From: a virus
Lineage: Duplodnaviria > Caudoviricetes
IMG/VR virus record: IMGVR_UViG_3300028840_000680
Span: 1 to 53,570 of that record
Direction: 5' to 3' (one strand)
DNA: 53,570 nt
The position numbers and the translations under genes were made by a program. The notes beneath the pieces were generated by a model. It saw nothing but the letters and a program-made list of their open reading frames with translations, had not been told where the DNA came from and did no database searches. Numbering within the stretch: position 1 is the stretch's first letter; every line of letters begins with the position of its first letter. Positions 1 to 8,966 of the stretch are shown here, one piece after another.

Positions 1-645
1 AGATACTGCTTTTATAAATCTTTCCACAAACTCTTCACTGTGGTTCCAACCTTTTGAGCGGGGGCGCTTACCATTTTCTTTTGCTTCTTTTAGTTCTTCA
101 AGCATCTCACGATATTCTGTTGATACAGGAACATCTTGATAAGACTTTAAATAAACTATTCTTCCTATTGTTTGCCGCACTATTCCATATTCTTTCGCTA
201 ATGCCGAAACTCTTGCACCATCAAAAAACTGTTGCCTCATTTGCTTTACTTGCTCTATGGTTAGGGAACCGCTGACCCTGCCGAGTTTTTTTCTAACTCT
301 GGACATTTTCTTTATACTTTCTTCTGTATGTTTATACCCCAGCATATTAGTTGTTGGGGTTTCTACCAAGTTAAATCCATCGTTAAAAGAGTTGTAGATT
401 TTTATTTGTTTTTCTTCCTCTATCAATAGCATTTCAGGCTCACACTCAACAACAATAGAGAAAGAAAAACTTTCTTCACCATATTTCGTAAATGCGTGCT
501 GTAAGTATTGATTTCGGTGCTTACCTCTTCGTAGTGACGATAAATGCTCCCTCCATCTTTTAACAATATTAACGCTACTACCAATATAAACTTTATTATT
601 GACTTTACAAGTTATAGAATAAATACCAGATTTTATTTGTTTCAT
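1..645 (-). CDS. GIY-YIG homing endonuclease with NUMOD3-like motif (3' partial, runs off window)
   Basis: Not in ORF track. Manual translation from ATG at 645: MKQIKSGIYSITCKVNNKVYIGSSVNIVKRWREHL...LQHAFTKYG...GYKHTEESIKKMS. Frame stays open to position 1; GGGAG RBS upstream. Confidence 0.9.
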   Translation of the reverse strand, partial: MKQIKSGIYSITCKVNNKVYIGSSVNIVKRWREHLSSLRRGKHRNQYLQHAFTKYGEESFSFSIVVECEPEMLLIEEEKQIKIYNSFNDGFNLVETPTTNMLGYKHTEESIKKMSRVRKKLGRVSGSLTIEQVKQMRQQFFDGARVSALAKEYGIVRQTIGRIVYLKSYQDVPVSTEYREMLEELKEAKENGKRPRSKGWNHSEEFVERFIKAVS

Positions 646-691
646 TAGGAAACTCCCTTATATACTAAATAGTATGGAACATTCCCTAATG
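643..691 (-). promoter_or_regulatory. RBS/AUG-occluding hairpin with late-promoter-like ACTATTTA in its loop
   Basis: Sense strand CATTAGGGAATGTTCCATACTA-TT-TAGTATATAAGGGAGTTTCCTAATG. The arms pair over the SD and start codon; motif at 666-673. Confidence 0.75.
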
Positions 692-714
692 CCCGGTATA
701 AATAAAATAAAGTT

Positions 715-1434
715 CTACCAGTTATGCTCTTTATACGCCGCGATTGTTACAGGATAAAGATCCTCCAAAATCTCCAACATTGCCTCCGCGACCTTTCTGA
801 TTTCCCATTGAGCCCCTTCGTGAGACCTTAAAGAAATAAACTTTAACGCATTCAAAACAGAACAGGTGCCGTAGTATTCAGTGTAAAGGTTCTGTGGTAA
901 AACTCCACGAGCCTGCTCTCGACAGACACCTCTTGCCATCAATTGGTGATATAGCCCTAGACTCTTCTCGTGGTGCGCTATCACACTTTCAGAGGCGGTA
1001 ATACCAAACTCAGAATCGCTTAAATCTGGATATAAGACTGGATCGATTGAGTCGGCGTTTGATGCTTGTCGGTTTGTTTTATGTTGTGTTCTAAACACCT
1101 TCGGCTCATAGAACTGAATATTCACATCTGTGTATCTTCTTGAAATCTCGTTATAAGACCAAGTGCGATGACGATGATGTTGTGAACGAACATAAAGTGG
1201 GACGACAAACTTAAATGTAGCGCCGCAATGTTCCAGAGTTGAAGTATGGCGATGCTTGATAAGATAGTTGATTAACTTTTTATCTCGTTCGTCAAGTTCT
1301 TCTTTATGCTTCCCGAAGGACACTCGGGCACTATTCACGACGGATTTATCTGATCCATAACTCTCAATAAGTTGAACCTTTCCAATACCGTCGCCATATA
1401 AATAAATCGTTTTGTTTTCGTCTTCGTGGTTCAT
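715..1434 (-). CDS. thyX: Flavin-dependent thymidylate synthase
   Basis: RHRTWSYNEISRRY ThyX signature; also SARVS, EQARGVLP and AQWEIR motifs. Confidence 0.95.
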   Translation of the reverse strand: MNHEDENKTIYLYGDGIGKVQLIESYGSDKSVVNSARVSFGKHKEELDERDKKLINYLIKHRHTSTLEHCGATFKFVVPLYVRSQHHRHRTWSYNEISRRYTDVNIQFYEPKVFRTQHKTNRQASNADSIDPVLYPDLSDSEFGITASESVIAHHEKSLGLYHQLMARGVCREQARGVLPQNLYTEYYGTCSVLNALKFISLRSHEGAQWEIRKVAEAMLEILEDLYPVTIAAYKEHNW

Positions 1435-1444
1435 TTATAATCCT

Positions 1445-2011
1445 TTATATGATTGCGTCAATGACGCCCAACTTTAGTGCCTCTTCGGCAGACATATACC
1501 AATCAACCTTGTTTTTGAGAACATCAGCCAACTTCTTCTTTGAGATGTTGGTTCTCTCCAAAGTAATCTCCTCAATCAACTTTTGAAGGCGCTTTGTCTC
1601 TTGTAGTTGCTCTTCCATATCCTGAACCTTACCATAGAACAACCCAGAGGAAACCTGATGGTAAAGCGGGGTTGATAGTCTGTAACCAAACCGCTTATGC
1701 CCTGAGATCAAAATCATAAAGCCACAAGACATAGCAGCACCAGTTACAATCGTATGGATTGGAGTTTCAGACTTCTCCATAACTCCAAGCAAACCAAAGC
1801 ACTGATATACTGCGCCGCCGTAAGAGTCAATGTAAATCTGAATAGGCTTCGGTGTATACTCTAATCCGTGGATAGCATACACCTTCTTTAGTAGCGCATC
1901 ATCGGCATTGATTTCAACAATGCTCTTTGTTAGCTTGTGCATTGACTCCTGTGTAACCTGATCAGGCAGATATAGAGAACGATCCTTTGGTAGTGGTAGT
2001 GATGACGACAT
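1445..2011 (-). CDS. clpP: ClpP-like serine protease subunit
   Basis: IYIDSYGG, GAAMSCG (catalytic Ser), LYHQ (His), DWYMSAEEALKLGVIDAI. Confidence 0.88.
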   Translation of the reverse strand: MSSSLPLPKDRSLYLPDQVTQESMHKLTKSIVEINADDALLKKVYAIHGLEYTPKPIQIYIDSYGGAVYQCFGLLGVMEKSETPIHTIVTGAAMSCGFMILISGHKRFGYRLSTPLYHQVSSGLFYGKVQDMEEQLQETKRLQKLIEEITLERTNISKKKLADVLKNKVDWYMSAEEALKLGVIDAII

Positions 2012-2475
2012 TACTTACCTGTGCTTCCTAGGGCACCATCACCCCGGTTAGAGATGGTAATCGGATGCCAATCATAAATGTTGGGATCCTCAGACGCTAC
2101 AAAGCGAGCGTGAACAACCGGAACAACAACAGCCTGTGCAATCTTGTCCCCGGGCTCGATAGTCTGCCAGTACTTACCAATGTTGTGAAGATTGACAAAA
2201 ACCTCACCATCATAGCCAGAGTCCACAACACAAGCGCCAACCAGAAGCTGACGCTTTGCAGCCATACTAGATCGGTTCTTGATTTCCATCATATAACCAT
2301 GAGGAATAGCAAACCGCAAACCAGTAGGCAGTAATTTGCTTTCGCCCGGATCAATTCGAAGGCCACGCACAGCAGCATCGTCTGGGCTAAATCGCAGATC
2401 CAAACCTGCATCTGACGGGTTTGACCTCGTAGGGGGGTGAACATTATCGTGAATCATATGGTACTGTAAAATCAT
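2011..2475 (-). CDS. dut: Trimeric dUTPase
   Basis: DAGLDL, RSS, VVDSGYDGE, GDKIAQ and RGDGALGSTG motifs. Start adjusted to MILQY just after the purA stop. Confidence 0.93.
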   Translation of the reverse strand: MILQYHMIHDNVHPPTRSNPSDAGLDLRFSPDDAAVRGLRIDPGESKLLPTGLRFAIPHGYMMEIKNRSSMAAKRQLLVGACVVDSGYDGEVFVNLHNIGKYWQTIEPGDKIAQAVVVPVVHARFVASEDPNIYDWHPITISNRGDGALGSTGK

Positions 2476-2476
2476 T

Positions 2477-3490
2477 TTAAATCCTTTCTGGTGATTCTGA
2501 AAAGACAACATTAATATTTCTGTTGTCACTGAGAAATCGTCTGATGTATTGCTTCCAGGCTACCTCTGAACCCAACTTGAGCATGATAGCATTGTTGTCT
2601 GAAGAACGCAAGTTCCAAGCACCAGTTTGTCGAAGAATATCTACCTTGTTGATAATCACATCTGTGACACCATTGATATCTACTGCTTTCTTTAGGTCCC
2701 GAACATTAAGCCAGTTACACTGACGGGGACGGCCAGTGGTCGCACCAAACTCCTTTCCTAGGCTTTGTAGCAAATCAAATACTCTTCCTTCACCGTGAAA
2801 GTTCTTTGCTCCCACGTAAGTATCGTAAGCCTTCGTGATACCGTAAACCTTTCGGACAGCCTGCGGAGGGATGCCGTTTAGGAGCGCCCCAGCGGTCGTA
2901 CAGTGGCTTGAAGTAACATAAGGGTAATCTCCCCAGTCAATGTCCAATCCAAAGCCTTGTGCGCCCTCACAGAGGATCACAGTGTCACCCTGCTGATTGT
3001 TGTGTAATTCTTCATAAAGGTCGATTATATATGGTGCTAGTTCGGGCACATCTTTGGCTAATAAGCCTTCTCTAGCGTATTTATCACGATAGGTCGGTCC
3101 AATGCCTCTTTTGGTTGTGCCAATTTTGGTATCTTTTCTGTCTTCTTCTAAGTGACAGTCTGTTGTGATATGAGCATTTGCAGCGATGAAGACTTTGTCT
3201 TCTGTGTCAATGCCCGCTTCATTAAGCTCCTTGAGTTCTGCAAAAAACGCTTCTGGGTTTAACACGCACCCTGAGCCTATAATTGACTTAACTCCATGTA
3301 TAACGCCTACCGGTATTGAGTGTGTAACGATTTTGTTGCCATTGTGGTATATGGTGTGTCCTGCATTTGCTCCTCCGCAAAAACGAATCACATGAGTATA
3401 GTCTCCGTTTTTGACCAGATGGTAGGCAACTTTTCCTTTGGATTCATCCCCCATGGCCAGGCCGATGACCATATCCGCTGCTTTAATCAT
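2477..3490 (-). CDS. purA: Adenylosuccinate synthetase (short type)
   Basis: GDESKGK P-loop variant, GGANAGHT, IGTTKRGIGPTY, EGAQG, DWGDYPYVTSS, GATTGRPR. Confidence 0.95.
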   Translation of the reverse strand: MIKAADMVIGLAMGDESKGKVAYHLVKNGDYTHVIRFCGGANAGHTIYHNGNKIVTHSIPVGVIHGVKSIIGSGCVLNPEAFFAELKELNEAGIDTEDKVFIAANAHITTDCHLEEDRKDTKIGTTKRGIGPTYRDKYAREGLLAKDVPELAPYIIDLYEELHNNQQGDTVILCEGAQGFGLDIDWGDYPYVTSSHCTTAGALLNGIPPQAVRKVYGITKAYDTYVGAKNFHGEGRVFDLLQSLGKEFGATTGRPRQCNWLNVRDLKKAVDINGVTDVIINKVDILRQTGAWNLRSSDNNAIMLKLGSEVAWKQYIRRFLSDNRNINVVFSESPERI

Positions 3491-4475
3491 GTAAACTAAA
3501 CCTTTCTACTAATAGTTGATACGATAAATTCTTTTTTTTACAATATGCCTCAGCATATTTCTTTTTGGCTTCAACTTGTTTTTGGTGTTCTTTATACCAA
3601 TAACTGCTCTTGATCTCAACCAGAACTTTATTGTCCCCTTTTTCTACCTCAAAGTCAACCCTATATTTTCTTTTTTGTCCTTCAAAAACATAATCAATAG
3701 TTGGGCCGTTCAAAACCCTGTAATTATTGTTTTCGCAGTACTTGACAAACCTCTCTTCGTAGGAACCTTGTATATTGATTATATCACCAAATATTGTACT
3801 GTATTTTCTAGTCTTTGCGCGGCCGCCACCATTCATCGACGCCTTTTCAGCATACTCGTCTATATCCATAATTTGCTTGGTGCCATAACGATGAAGCATT
3901 GTCTCTTCTGCTTTTTGCCTATTGGTGTAATGTTCATCACCATATCTTTCTTTTTTTGTTTTTCTTATTTGAGCCTTAACGGACGCTATTTGTCCTATGT
4001 TTACGGCATTAGGATTACAATACTTCTCTCTTATCGTATCTATCGCCTTGTCCCTTATTGCCTTACTTTGAAGAGGGTGTTCAACTCCATAATTCAACAA
4101 ACAGGTTGCCTTCTTTTTTTCTTTTGTCTCCGCTAGTTCTGATATATTACCTACTCCGTACTTGTCTAATAAAGTTTTTTTAGACTTCTCTTTAACTTTC
4201 TTTAGCTGGAATTGGTTTGTGACCCCGTGTTCTTCATATAACCTCTGAGAGCGACATTTGTGCGCGCAACTGGCAGAACATGTTTTTCTATATCCTATCT
4301 TCAAGCTGATAAATTTGGTGGACTCAGCGCACATCTTACATTGCCCGTCGCCCTCTTCTTTCAAGTACTCATCATAATAGTTTTTTAAACTTGTTGAGTG
4401 TGTTTTTTTTAAATGAGTCCCCAAGTAGTTCAGACCGCAGCTATAATTACAAATTAAGCAAGTTACTTTATACAT
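3483..4475 (-). CDS. Free-standing homing endonuclease-like protein (Zn-finger, KYG repeats, PD-(D/E)XK nuclease)
   Basis: N-terminal CxxC/HxxxxH; repeated 'KK.T..KYGV.N..Q' units; C-terminal GSYE...YRVDF...VEIKS; AT-rich relative to flanks. Confidence 0.75.
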   Translation of the reverse strand: MYKVTCLICNYSCGLNYLGTHLKKTHSTSLKNYYDEYLKEEGDGQCKMCAESTKFISLKIGYRKTCSASCAHKCRSQRLYEEHGVTNQFQLKKVKEKSKKTLLDKYGVGNISELAETKEKKKATCLLNYGVEHPLQSKAIRDKAIDTIREKYCNPNAVNIGQIASVKAQIRKTKKERYGDEHYTNRQKAEETMLHRYGTKQIMDIDEYAEKASMNGGGRAKTRKYSTIFGDIINIQGSYEERFVKYCENNNYRVLNGPTIDYVFEGQKRKYRVDFEVEKGDNKVLVEIKSSYWYKEHQKQVEAKKKYAEAYCKKKNLSYQLLVERFSLHD

Positions 4476-4481
4476 TTTGTA

Positions 4482-4523
4482 TTTTCTCCATTCATAAATA
4501 AATAGTTTTACAAAAAGTAAAAA
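4482..4523 (-). promoter_or_regulatory. Imperfect SD-occluding hairpin with ACTATTTA in loop
   Basis: TTTTTACTTTTTGTAAA pairs, with G-U pairs and two mismatches, with TTTATGAATGGAGAAAA. Motif at 4499-4506. Confidence 0.55.
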
Positions 4524-4573
4524 GCCTTGCCTTCATCACCAAAAGACAAACCTACTATTATATCTGCTATCAT
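4508..4573 (-). pseudogene. purA: Orphaned 5' end of purA (MIADIIVGLSFGDEGKAFYFL*)
   Basis: 21-codon ORF with GGAG RBS encoding the canonical PurA N-terminus with GDEGK, truncated directly before the endonuclease. Confidence 0.8.
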
Positions 4574-4625
4574 TTTCTACTCCCAACATTTTCTTAGCTA
4601 TCCTGATATACTCAGGGTTTATTTC
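4536..4625 (-). pseudogene. Possible C-terminal remnant of an N4/N6 DNA methyltransferase
   Basis: Frame EINPEYIRIAKKMLGVENDSRYNSRFVFW* with no start codon before the motif; resembles the 'GIELNPEY..IAKKR' C-terminus of amino-MTases. Confidence 0.45.
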
Positions 4626-6774
4626 ATCCCAAAAGGCGCAGCTGCTTTTTAATTGATCGAACTGAGAATCCCCAAGTGGGATCATATTGTGGGCGACACA
4701 TATAAGGACGATTCAAGTGGATCCTGTCCTTGCCCTCAACAATACCCCAACAACGGAAGCGTGTCAAGACGGAATTCGAATCAATAACTTCCACAATCCA
4801 ATAAGGCTTTCCTCTTTTTGTTTTCTTGCGAATAATCTCGCGTGGAATAAACCATACAAGTCCCAACTCTGGATCGTAATCTGAAATCGCCGGAATGTAA
4901 TACTCATCCAACTTTTGCCGAACCTCTGGCGTTACGACCAGAGACATAGGGAAAATACCTGTGATTGTTGTTAGATTCTCGATTTCTTCCTCTGGAGTGA
5001 AGTCCCCTTCATCTCTATACTTCTCAATGTTCTCATTGAACTTCTTGCGGTTGTAAACTCTATCTACTGCGACAGCAGACCAGAAATGCTTGCGACCAGT
5101 GAAGCGATCATCCATTAAACTATTCATCGCTCCCGACCGAACTAGCACATCAAGAGCCTTCTTGTTTAGTTTGCTGTAAACAATATCATCGTGGAATAAA
5201 AACTCTTCGATATTCGCAAACGGACGGTTATCAACAATCTGCTGGATTGCTGCGTCACCAAGTCCCTTTAGGCCCGCAAGAGGCTGAATAAGCTTGCGAT
5301 CATCGTTTGGATCAATCTCCCACTCAAACGAAGAACGGTTTACGTCTGCCTTTTCGATAAAGAAGCCATTTGCCTTTGCAATATTGATTGCCTTTTCCTT
5401 TCGCTTCTCGGGCTCCTTGTCCAAGAAAGAAGCCATCCACTCAATCGGGTAATAGTTCCAAAGCCAAGCGCACTGGAAAGAAATCGCGGAATAAGAAATA
5501 GCGTGAGACTTGTTGAAGCCGTATCCGGAGAAATACTCAAATCGCTCCCACATACTTTCTGCTTCGTGCCTACGAATGCCCTTTTCAACACAACCCTCAA
5601 TAAACTTGTCGTGGATTTTCATCTTTACTTCGTGACCCTTGCCGGTTCCCTTCTTGGTAAGAACCTTGCGAAGAAGGTTGCCTTCATCAAGAGATACGTC
5701 CTTACCCAACTTGTGAGCAAGTAAGGCAATCTGCTCCTGAAAGATAAGGAACCCGTAAGTTTCTTGCGTAACTTCCTTGATATGATCATTCATATAATCA
5801 ATACCGTCTGCGTTCTCCTTAGCTTGAATGTATTGCTCGTGAACATTTGCCGATAGAGGCCCGGGACGATAAATGGAAGTAATGGCGGAAATATCAACCA
5901 AAGACTTTGGCTGTGCGTTTGCACAGAATTCCTGTGCTCGCCCCTCGGTAAACTGAAAAATACCGGCGAAGTTTCCTTTCTGGAAAACATTCTTATACAC
6001 TTCCTGATCGTCAAAGTCAATAACGTCCGGGTGAAGATGCTTGTTGTAGAAATCCTGAACATCCTTGAACGTCGGCTCTGGATTATTGTAATGCCGAACA
6101 AGGATGTGACGGATTGCGTCTTCAATCATCCGAAGTGTGGAGAGCCCCAAAAGGTCAAACTTAATAAACCCAAGCGGCTCCAAATGACGAACGTTCTGAC
6201 CTTCTGCCCACGGAGACTGCCGAACACCACCAGAACTAATAATCGGCATATGCTCGTTTAGATCGTCCGCAATCAAAACGCCACCAGCGTGGCGGGAACA
6301 ACTCCTTACCTGACCTACAAGCGCCTCAACGTGCGTTTTGATGTGAGGGTGCTTTACAAGGAAGCCACGAAGAGAAGGAGAAAGTTCCATAACCTCTTCC
6401 CAAGTTGGAGTATAAACACCAGCCTTGATGCCGTGCCTTGCCTTTGCGGCAGGAGTAGCCTCAAAGATCATCTGAGATGTAACTTTATTTACCTCAATGA
6501 AAGGCACACCATAGAACTTTGAAATGTCCTTGATTAGAGACTTCAACTGTAGAGTGTTCCAGTTTGAGATTGGAATAACAGAGTTCTTGCCCCAATCCTC
6601 CATAAGACGCTCTTTTAGTTCCATTGGATTGCTCACATCATAGTCAATATCAGGCATATTGGTATCTTTTGGATTATTTAGAAATATACCCTCCAGCTCC
6701 TTCTTCTGTCCTGCTGGGACTGGGATTAGGTTTCTTTTAGCCACTGGCAAGTGTGTTATGTTAGTGATTTTCAT
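4624..6774 (-). CDS. dnaE: DNA polymerase III alpha, fragment 3 (degenerate IntC-like leader + palm/fingers/OB)
   Basis: MPDIDYD, SRHAGGV, KFDLLGL, IFQF, YRPGP, FQEQ, YGFNKSHA. First 34 aa resemble an intein C-fragment. Confidence 0.95.
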   Translation of the reverse strand: MKITNITHLPVAKRNLIPVPAGQKKELEGIFLNNPKDTNMPDIDYDVSNPMELKERLMEDWGKNSVIPISNWNTLQLKSLIKDISKFYGVPFIEVNKVTSQMIFEATPAAKARHGIKAGVYTPTWEEVMELSPSLRGFLVKHPHIKTHVEALVGQVRSCSRHAGGVLIADDLNEHMPIISSGGVRQSPWAEGQNVRHLEPLGFIKFDLLGLSTLRMIEDAIRHILVRHYNNPEPTFKDVQDFYNKHLHPDVIDFDDQEVYKNVFQKGNFAGIFQFTEGRAQEFCANAQPKSLVDISAITSIYRPGPLSANVHEQYIQAKENADGIDYMNDHIKEVTQETYGFLIFQEQIALLAHKLGKDVSLDEGNLLRKVLTKKGTGKGHEVKMKIHDKFIEGCVEKGIRRHEAESMWERFEYFSGYGFNKSHAISYSAISFQCAWLWNYYPIEWMASFLDKEPEKRKEKAINIAKANGFFIEKADVNRSSFEWEIDPNDDRKLIQPLAGLKGLGDAAIQQIVDNRPFANIEEFLFHDDIVYSKLNKKALDVLVRSGAMNSLMDDRFTGRKHFWSAVAVDRVYNRKKFNENIEKYRDEGDFTPEEEIENLTTITGIFPMSLVVTPEVRQKLDEYYIPAISDYDPELGLVWFIPREIIRKKTKRGKPYWIVEVIDSNSVLTRFRCWGIVEGKDRIHLNRPYMCRPQYDPTWGFSVRSIKKQLRLLG
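6673..6774 (-). other. Degenerate split-intein C-fragment-like segment (IntC2)
   Basis: MKITNITHLP...ELEGIFLNN resembles 'MKI..I.YLG...FANGILVHN' but lacks the penultimate His and is followed by Pro rather than Cys/Ser/Thr. Confidence 0.6.
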
Positions 6775-6902
6775 TTACCATCCTTTGTAATATCTTTCTT
6801 CGTTGGTTCTTTACTGAACTAAATGTGCGATATGGGAATAGTGTCTCATAAATGTTTTGTGTCGTCAAGTTGTTTTCTAACGCCTCAACGAACTTTTGGT
6901 TT

Positions 6903-7088
6903 TTACACGCTCATTATCTCGTCGCCTACCTGTAGGTTTTTGGCGAGGGCATAAAAAACTTTATTATCTCGTTTAACTTTCACTTCCATATCCGGAGTGA
7001 TAGTAATAGTCCTACCGCTATCAGTGTCCAGCTGGATGGCGGCAACCTCTTCCAGTGCTCTTCCATTGTCAGTAATGTAACCAGAGCC
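6903..7088 (-). other. Degenerate split-intein N-fragment-like segment (IntN2)
   Basis: 61 aa after FERFMTKDA: ...[21 protein letters not shown]...[12 protein letters not shown]. Matches intein block B with TPDH>TPDM and has no Cys1. Confidence 0.7.
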
Positions 7089-8057
7089 TGCGTCCTTTGT
7101 CATAAACCTCTCAAAAAGAAGACCATACTTGATAGGGTCAATCTGTGTGATCCCGAGAACATAAGCAACCAAAGAACCAGCAGCGGACCCACGACCGGGG
7201 CCAGTCAACTGAACTTCATTTGCCTTGTCGGAGATCGCTTTCATGGTCAAGAAATACTTGCTGAAACCACGGTCATCAATAACATCCAACTCCATCTTTA
7301 GACGGTCAGTGTATTCTTTGTTCTCGTGGAGCCCACGATTACGCAAACCTTCCAAAGCATAGTTTACAAGTGCCTCTGTAGCAGTATGCCCCGCAGGAAC
7401 CACAAAGTCAGGAAGCTTTACAGTTGTATCAGGAACAAAGTCCTCAATCATCTTGAAAGCAATGTCGTGAGTTCGTGTGATTGAGTCCATTACCAACTGA
7501 TCGTCATACTCTACGCCAGCGGTCTTTGAGTAATACTTGTAGGAATCCCACATTTGGTTTCCATTCTTAGGATAAATCTCATATCCAATCTCTTCAACAC
7601 CAGCCGGAAGATCGGTATTCTCCATCCAATCAGGCTTGCCCTTACCAAGCCAACCAAGGCGCTTGTAAAGCTCTCGGTCCTTCCAAGCGTCCGGATTAGG
7701 ATAATGAGAGTCGGCAGTTGAAATAAGTGGAATACCAAACTCGTGATGCATTTCAATAATGTACTGATTTAGCTCGTGCTGCTCTGGAATATTGTTCCAT
7801 TGAAGCTCGCCGTGCCAACGATCCCCAAAGATCTTCACAAACTCTCTTGTGGTCTCGCGCATTGCCTCTCGGACAGCCTCGGGGCCTTCCTCGCGGTTTG
7901 CCCAGTAGTTGCCGGCATACGGACCACCCAAACAATTATGGACCAACAGTCCGTTGGCAAAAAAATTATGTGTGTCTTCGACTGTTATATCATAAGTGTC
8001 CTCAATCTCTTCTAATTCCTCTATTTCTTCGATCTCTACAAATTTATAATTATTCAT
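6903..8057 (-). CDS. dnaE: DNA polymerase III alpha, fragment 2 (IntC1 + PHP C-part/palm N-part + degenerate IntN2)
   Basis: Starts with IntC ...[20 protein letters not shown]|CLGG; then [26 protein letters not shown]. Confidence 0.95.
   Translation of the reverse strand: MNNYKFVEIEEIEELEEIEDTYDITVEDTHNFFANGLLVHNCLGGPYAGNYWANREEGPEAVREAMRETTREFVKIFGDRWHGELQWNNIPEQHELNQYIIEMHHEFGIPLISTADSHYPNPDAWKDRELYKRLGWLGKGKPDWMENTDLPAGVEEIGYEIYPKNGNQMWDSYKYYSKTAGVEYDDQLVMDSITRTHDIAFKMIEDFVPDTTVKLPDFVVPAGHTATEALVNYALEGLRNRGLHENKEYTDRLKMELDVIDDRGFSKYFLTMKAISDKANEVQLTGPGRGSAAGSLVAYVLGITQIDPIKYGLLFERFMTKDAGSGYITDNGRALEEVAAIQLDTDSGRTITITPDMEVKVKRDNKVFYALAKNLQVGDEIMSV
7935..8057 (-). mobile_element. Split intein C-fragment (IntC1, 41 aa)
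   Basis: Blocks F/G intact: [17 protein letters not shown] followed by Cys+1. Confidence 0.93.
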
Positions 8058-8959
8058 TGTTCCACCAAAATTTCTTGTATTTGTTGTTTGATTGCTTCTT
8101 CGTTGTAGTTTATATCATATTCCCAAAGTGTTAGTACATTAAAACCCATTTGTTTCGCTATGTCAAGTTTATGTTGATCCTTTTTCCACACTTCTTCTGC
8201 TGGTTGGCCTAAAATTATATCGCTTGCTTTAAAAAATCTATTATCTCCGTGAAAATAAGTCCCATTAACCTCTATTATAAGATCTCCAATCAAAAAATCA
8301 TAAATATACGATAAATTGCCAAATAACCTATTGTTTTCAGGTATTCTAATCTGTAACTGTTGCGAGTATGAAACACCTATTTCATCTAATATGGCGGCAA
8401 TCTTGCATTCTACACTGGATAGGCGATTATTATCAGAGAACGACTTGCAGGCCGCTATTCCTCCAGAAGAGCAAATTTCTTTAATTTGCTTTGTCGCCTC
8501 ATAGAGCGAAATACCCCGAGAAGTGTAGTATTCTTTACATAATGGGCTATCTTTTCGTTTAAACTTGGGATTACCCAGTGTTCCGTTCTTTTTTCGTTGT
8601 TCTATTGTTTTCATCTGGCCTTTTCTTGATTTTTCGGCATTAATCAAACTAATCTGCTCTAATGTATAATCTTTTGGGAACCTATATTGAAGTTTCCAGT
8701 TTTGAGGCATAGTGTTGTAATTCTTTAAATTACATGTAAGTCCCTGTGATTTAAAAATCGAACGAGTAGTTTGCAGTGTATTTAGCCAAAATAATCGTTC
8801 ATCCTTGATAGCCTCCGGATAATCTCTTATAATCCAATCCCTTATCATACCAAAACTATGGTTATCTTCTAATTTTTGTTTTATTAATGCTTCATCAACA
8901 TAAGTGCAAAGTATCATATATTTTTCTTGTTTAGATAAATTGTGGTATTTATGGGCCAT
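8054..8959 (-). CDS. Free-standing endonuclease (Vsr/DUF559-like) between split-intein halves
   Basis: C-terminal [19 protein letters not shown]...KDQHK...LTLWE; AT-rich. Start moved to MAHKY, which has a GAGG RBS. Confidence 0.8.
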   Translation of the reverse strand: MAHKYHNLSKQEKYMILCTYVDEALIKQKLEDNHSFGMIRDWIIRDYPEAIKDERLFWLNTLQTTRSIFKSQGLTCNLKNYNTMPQNWKLQYRFPKDYTLEQISLINAEKSRKGQMKTIEQRKKNGTLGNPKFKRKDSPLCKEYYTSRGISLYEATKQIKEICSSGGIAACKSFSDNNRLSSVECKIAAILDEIGVSYSQQLQIRIPENNRLFGNLSYIYDFLIGDLIIEVNGTYFHGDNRFFKASDIILGQPAEEVWKKDQHKLDIAKQMGFNVLTLWEYDINYNEEAIKQQIQEILVEQ

Positions 8960-8966
8960 TTTGGTT

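Noticed and set aside
3491-4525. Group I intron interrupting purA
   Set aside because: There is no room for a ribozyme core around the ORF, and the downstream purA already has its own complete N-terminus.
6775-6902. Self-splicing intron or ribosomal bypass joining dnaE fragments 2 and 3 (KD occurs on both sides)
   Set aside because: The spacer is short with no intron core evident. A bypass would need over 400 nt with non-identical codons, and both flanks encode HINT-like peptides, favouring protein-level association.
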